Source of the DNA: an uncultured Anaerolineales bacterium
GTDB lineage: Bacteria > Chloroflexota > Anaerolineae > B4-G1
DNA length: 64,000 nucleotides
Direction of reading: 5' to 3'
Assembly (NCBI GenBank): GCA_964514285.1
Contig: CAZEQC010000008.1
Span: forward strand, 6,181 to 70,180
The notes under the pieces are model-generated. The model saw only the letters and a list, made by a program, of their open reading frames with translations. It was not told the DNA's origin and did no database searches. Position numbers and translations under genes: made by a program. This document shows, piece by piece, positions 61,647-64,000 of the stretch. Each line of letters begins with the position of its first letter. Within the stretch, counting starts at the first letter, position 1.

Positions 61647-64000
61647 CTACTCGACCACCTCGTAGATCGTCACGCCGGCCGAGTCGTAGGCCCTGCGCAG
61701 CAGTCCCCGCTCGGCCATCTCTGCGAACTTGTCCAGCCCGGCCTTGCCGTAGTAGGCCCGCTCGTAAGCACCCACGTAGATGTAGCGTACGCCGTAGCGT
61801 CCCACCACCTCCATCGTCTCATCCACGTTCGTCGTGGCATAGCACAGATCCACGTCGCTGCGGCGCCAGGTCACCATATCGCCCCCCACCCCGGCCCGCT
61901 GCTGCACTTGATGCCAGCGCCATCCCACCACCGCCGGAAGCCCTGTGTGCACGGAGACACGGTTCGCCCACAGGTACTCACGGCGACCCAACCCCTCCAG
62001 GATGACCGGGGATCCTTCCACGTTATCCTGGATCCAACGAATAGCGTGGTAATCACCCGACAGAGGGATCTCCTCCATATCGTCCTCAGGCCCATCGTGG
62101 ATCACGGCATCCTTCATAAAAGCCATGCCGCTCAGTGTCGTCCCCGTCTCTGGTGCTATCCGATCGACGGCTCGCGCATGGACGCCAAAGGGCAGGAACA
62201 GAGCCCCTCCAAGGACCAACAAACCTACCCCACCCCACCAGAGCCGAGCCCAGCTGACGCTCCAGCGAGACGCCTCCTGCCAGACCCAACCCACGCTCAC
62301 CGCAGCGGCGATGGCCAACAGGATCCACACCTGCAGATAGAACTTGAAGACCGTGTTCATCCGCCCGATGTCGCCTTCCAGAACGATGACTTCGACGGCG
62401 AGGGAGAGCGCCATAGCTGCCGCCACCATCAGCCAAAGCAGCTGTCGCCTCCCGTCAGGGGGATCGAGATCGTCAGCGAAGCGATCCCTCGCTCCAGGCT
62501 CGAGAGGGAACAAGAACGCCACCACCGCCAGCCCGATGATCGGAGCCGCCACCAAGACCACTGGAACGTTCATCAGCCACAGCGCCACCGCAAGCACGAC
62601 CGTCCCGCCAGTAACCAACGCGATAATGCCCCAAGGCAGTCTGTCTCTCTCGATTGACAACATCGCGTGAGCGACCAGCCGGGTGACCACGGGGAAAAGC
62701 AAAGCGCCGTAGATCCAAAGGTAGATCGTGGCCGGGGTAGTCCCTCCCTGCCAGAGCTTGAAGGAGCTGTAACCAGCCACGTAGTGGCGCATATAGGGGA
62801 TGTAGAGCAGCACCGTCAGGCCGATCAGCAGCGGGACCCGCCAGACCACCCGCCGCACAAACAAGCCCACACGCACCGCCAGGGGTGAAGGGCCCTCTCC
62901 CTCCTCCGTTTTCCTTCTGACCGGTCGAGGCCAGGCCCCCACCCCCAGTGCCAGCACCCCCAGCAACAGGTATGTCGGGTAGTCCCACGTGTTCGCCGGT
63001 CGCAGGGCCCCGATCACCAGGCCACCGATCAGCAGGCTTGCCCAGGGCCCTCTCGCCTTCCGCGCCCAATTGACCGCCAAAGCTAGGGCAAACAGCGTCA
63101 GGGGAAAGGCGATCATATGCGCGTGGAGGTCACCGTACAGGAACGTGAACGCAGGGAACTCCGCGATCGGATTCCCCGCCTCCGCTGGAATGATGCGCGT
63201 CGGATGCCAGTACCACGTCTCGGGCCGGAGTGCCACACTCGCCCCCTCGACCACCAGCCGCCAAAGGCCCCGTACCAGAGACACAGCATCCGGCAGACCC
63301 GGTATCGTGCTCGGGAAGGAGACATCCCCCAACGCGATCAGCTTGTTCCGCATCAGATGCACGACCCCCAGATTGCCCATGAGCACGGTGAAGACAGTTC
63401 CTGCAAAACCGGCCAACAGAGGTTGTCGGCTGCCATCCTCCCGGCCGTCGCCATCCGAGAGATTGTAGGCCACCGAGAAGGCCCCAATGCCTGTCAGGGC
63501 AAAGAGAAGCGGCACGGCCAGGTTATAAGCGATCGCCGGCACAGTGCCGATCAACTGGATCAGCGTGCCGACGATCACGAAGCCGAAGTAGTAGTAGTTG
63601 ATCCAGGTACCCGACAGCCACGGGCTATACGGCGGGAACCAGGTCGACTTCATCACCGCGTTTAAGTAGGCGAAGTCCATCGGCTTCTCCCCACCCACCA
63701 CCGGATGCCAAAGATCCGGTTGGAGCAGCCGTACTCCAATCCAACCCACGAACAGCAGCGTGAAGAGACTCTCCACAGCCAGGACGCCCCGCCACCGGTG
63801 CCGCAAGAAGCTCCTCAAAGCGTCCCAGCGCAGCCAGCCGACCCCCATGCCCACCATGGTCAATAGCGCCACCATACGCACAATCGTAGGTCGGCTGTTG
63901 GGGAAGAGCCGAAGACTCGCCGCCAGCCAGGTCAGATAGGCTACCAGAAGCAGCCCGAACAGGCGTGCGAAACCGTAGCCCCGATCACGAAGCCGCGGCA
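61647..64000 (-). CDS. DUF2298 / TIGR03662 'YYY' membrane protein (5' end outside window)
   Basis: 'SGTWINYYYFGFVIVGTLIQ' YYY motif and more than 15 TM. The reading frame stays open upstream of M at 63881 to the window edge ('...GYGFARLFGLLLVAYLTWLAAS...'). Confidence 0.75.
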   Translation of the reverse strand, partial: PRLRDRGYGFARLFGLLLVAYLTWLAASLRLFPNSRPTIVRMVALLTMVGMGVGWLRWDALRSFLRHRWRGVLAVESLFTLLFVGWIGVRLLQPDLWHPVVGGEKPMDFAYLNAVMKSTWFPPYSPWLSGTWINYYYFGFVIVGTLIQLIGTVPAIAYNLAVPLLFALTGIGAFSVAYNLSDGDGREDGSRQPLLAGFAGTVFTVLMGNLGVVHLMRNKLIALGDVSFPSTIPGLPDAVSLVRGLWRLVVEGASVALRPETWYWHPTRIIPAEAGNPIAEFPAFTFLYGDLHAHMIAFPLTLFALALAVNWARKARGPWASLLIGGLVIGALRPANTWDYPTYLLLGVLALGVGAWPRPVRRKTEEGEGPSPLAVRVGLFVRRVVWRVPLLIGLTVLLYIPYMRHYVAGYSSFKLWQGGTTPATIYLWIYGALLFPVVTRLVAHAMLSIERDRLPWGIIALVTGGTVVLAVALWLMNVPVVLVAAPIIGLAVVAFLFPLEPGARDRFADDLDPPDGRRQLLWLMVAAAMALSLAVEVIVLEGDIGRMNTVFKFYLQVWILLAIAAAVSVGWVWQEASRWSVSWARLWWGGVGLLVLGGALFLPFGVHARAVDRIAPETGTTLSGMAFMKDAVIHDGPEDDMEEIPLSGDYHAIRWIQDNVEGSPVILEGLGRREYLWANRVSVHTGLPAVVGWRWHQVQQRAGVGGDMVTWRRSDVDLCYATTNVDETMEVVGRYGVRYIYVGAYERAYYGKAGLDKFAEMAERGLLRRAYDSAGVTIYEVVE

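Overview
This is a high-GC bacterial chromosomal segment. I call 63 protein-coding genes (the first and last are cut by the window edges) and one tRNA-Leu. All homology calls are by eye or from memory; no database search was run. The gene content (bacterial Stay-Green homologue, TIGR03662/TIGR03663-type 'YYY' membrane proteins, a 'YLPLV' motif) suggests Chloroflexota, possibly Anaerolineae-like, but this is inference only.

Layout:
- 1-9.6 kb: CBS protein, a GATase1 / methylaspartate-ammonia-lyase-like / MttB-family trio, clpP-tig, tRNA-Leu, PGI/PMI and a BCCT transporter.
- 9.9-18.5 kb: a CarH-type (MerR + B12) regulator, MFS transporter, Stay-Green (Mg-dechelatase) homologue, two alpha/beta hydrolases and a MacB-type ABC exporter.
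- 18.7-26.6 kb: housekeeping genes (PCD, DegV, Rieske, truD, GNAT, LysE, CrtC-like, DUF523/DUF1722, pyrimidine-dimer glycosylase).
- 26.8-52.5 kb: a large tungsten/molybdenum region.
- 52.6-64 kb: integrase, 2-oxoacid:ferredoxin oxidoreductase and three giant GT-C-like membrane proteins.

The tungsten/molybdenum region is the most unusual part. It starts with a roughly 400-nt hairpin-rich leader. Five co-directional genes follow, encoding secreted or membrane-anchored proteins built from cysteine-less sulfite-oxidase-fold-like modules plus a purple-acid-phosphatase-like enzyme. Next come two different tungstate ABC transporters in tandem (WtpABC, TupBCA). After these are a single-subunit molybdenum-storage-protein homologue, a DUF134 regulator, and a moaA-moaC-moaD-moaE-moeA set interrupted by a TiaS-kinase-domain-like gene and a C_GCAxxG_C_C gene. 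A tungsten-type aldehyde:ferredoxin oxidoreductase lies further downstream.

Two candidates look previously undescribed: (1) the extracellular module linked to W/Mo uptake, and (2) the CarH / Stay-Green / hydrolase cluster, which could be a light-gated chlorophyll-breakdown system.
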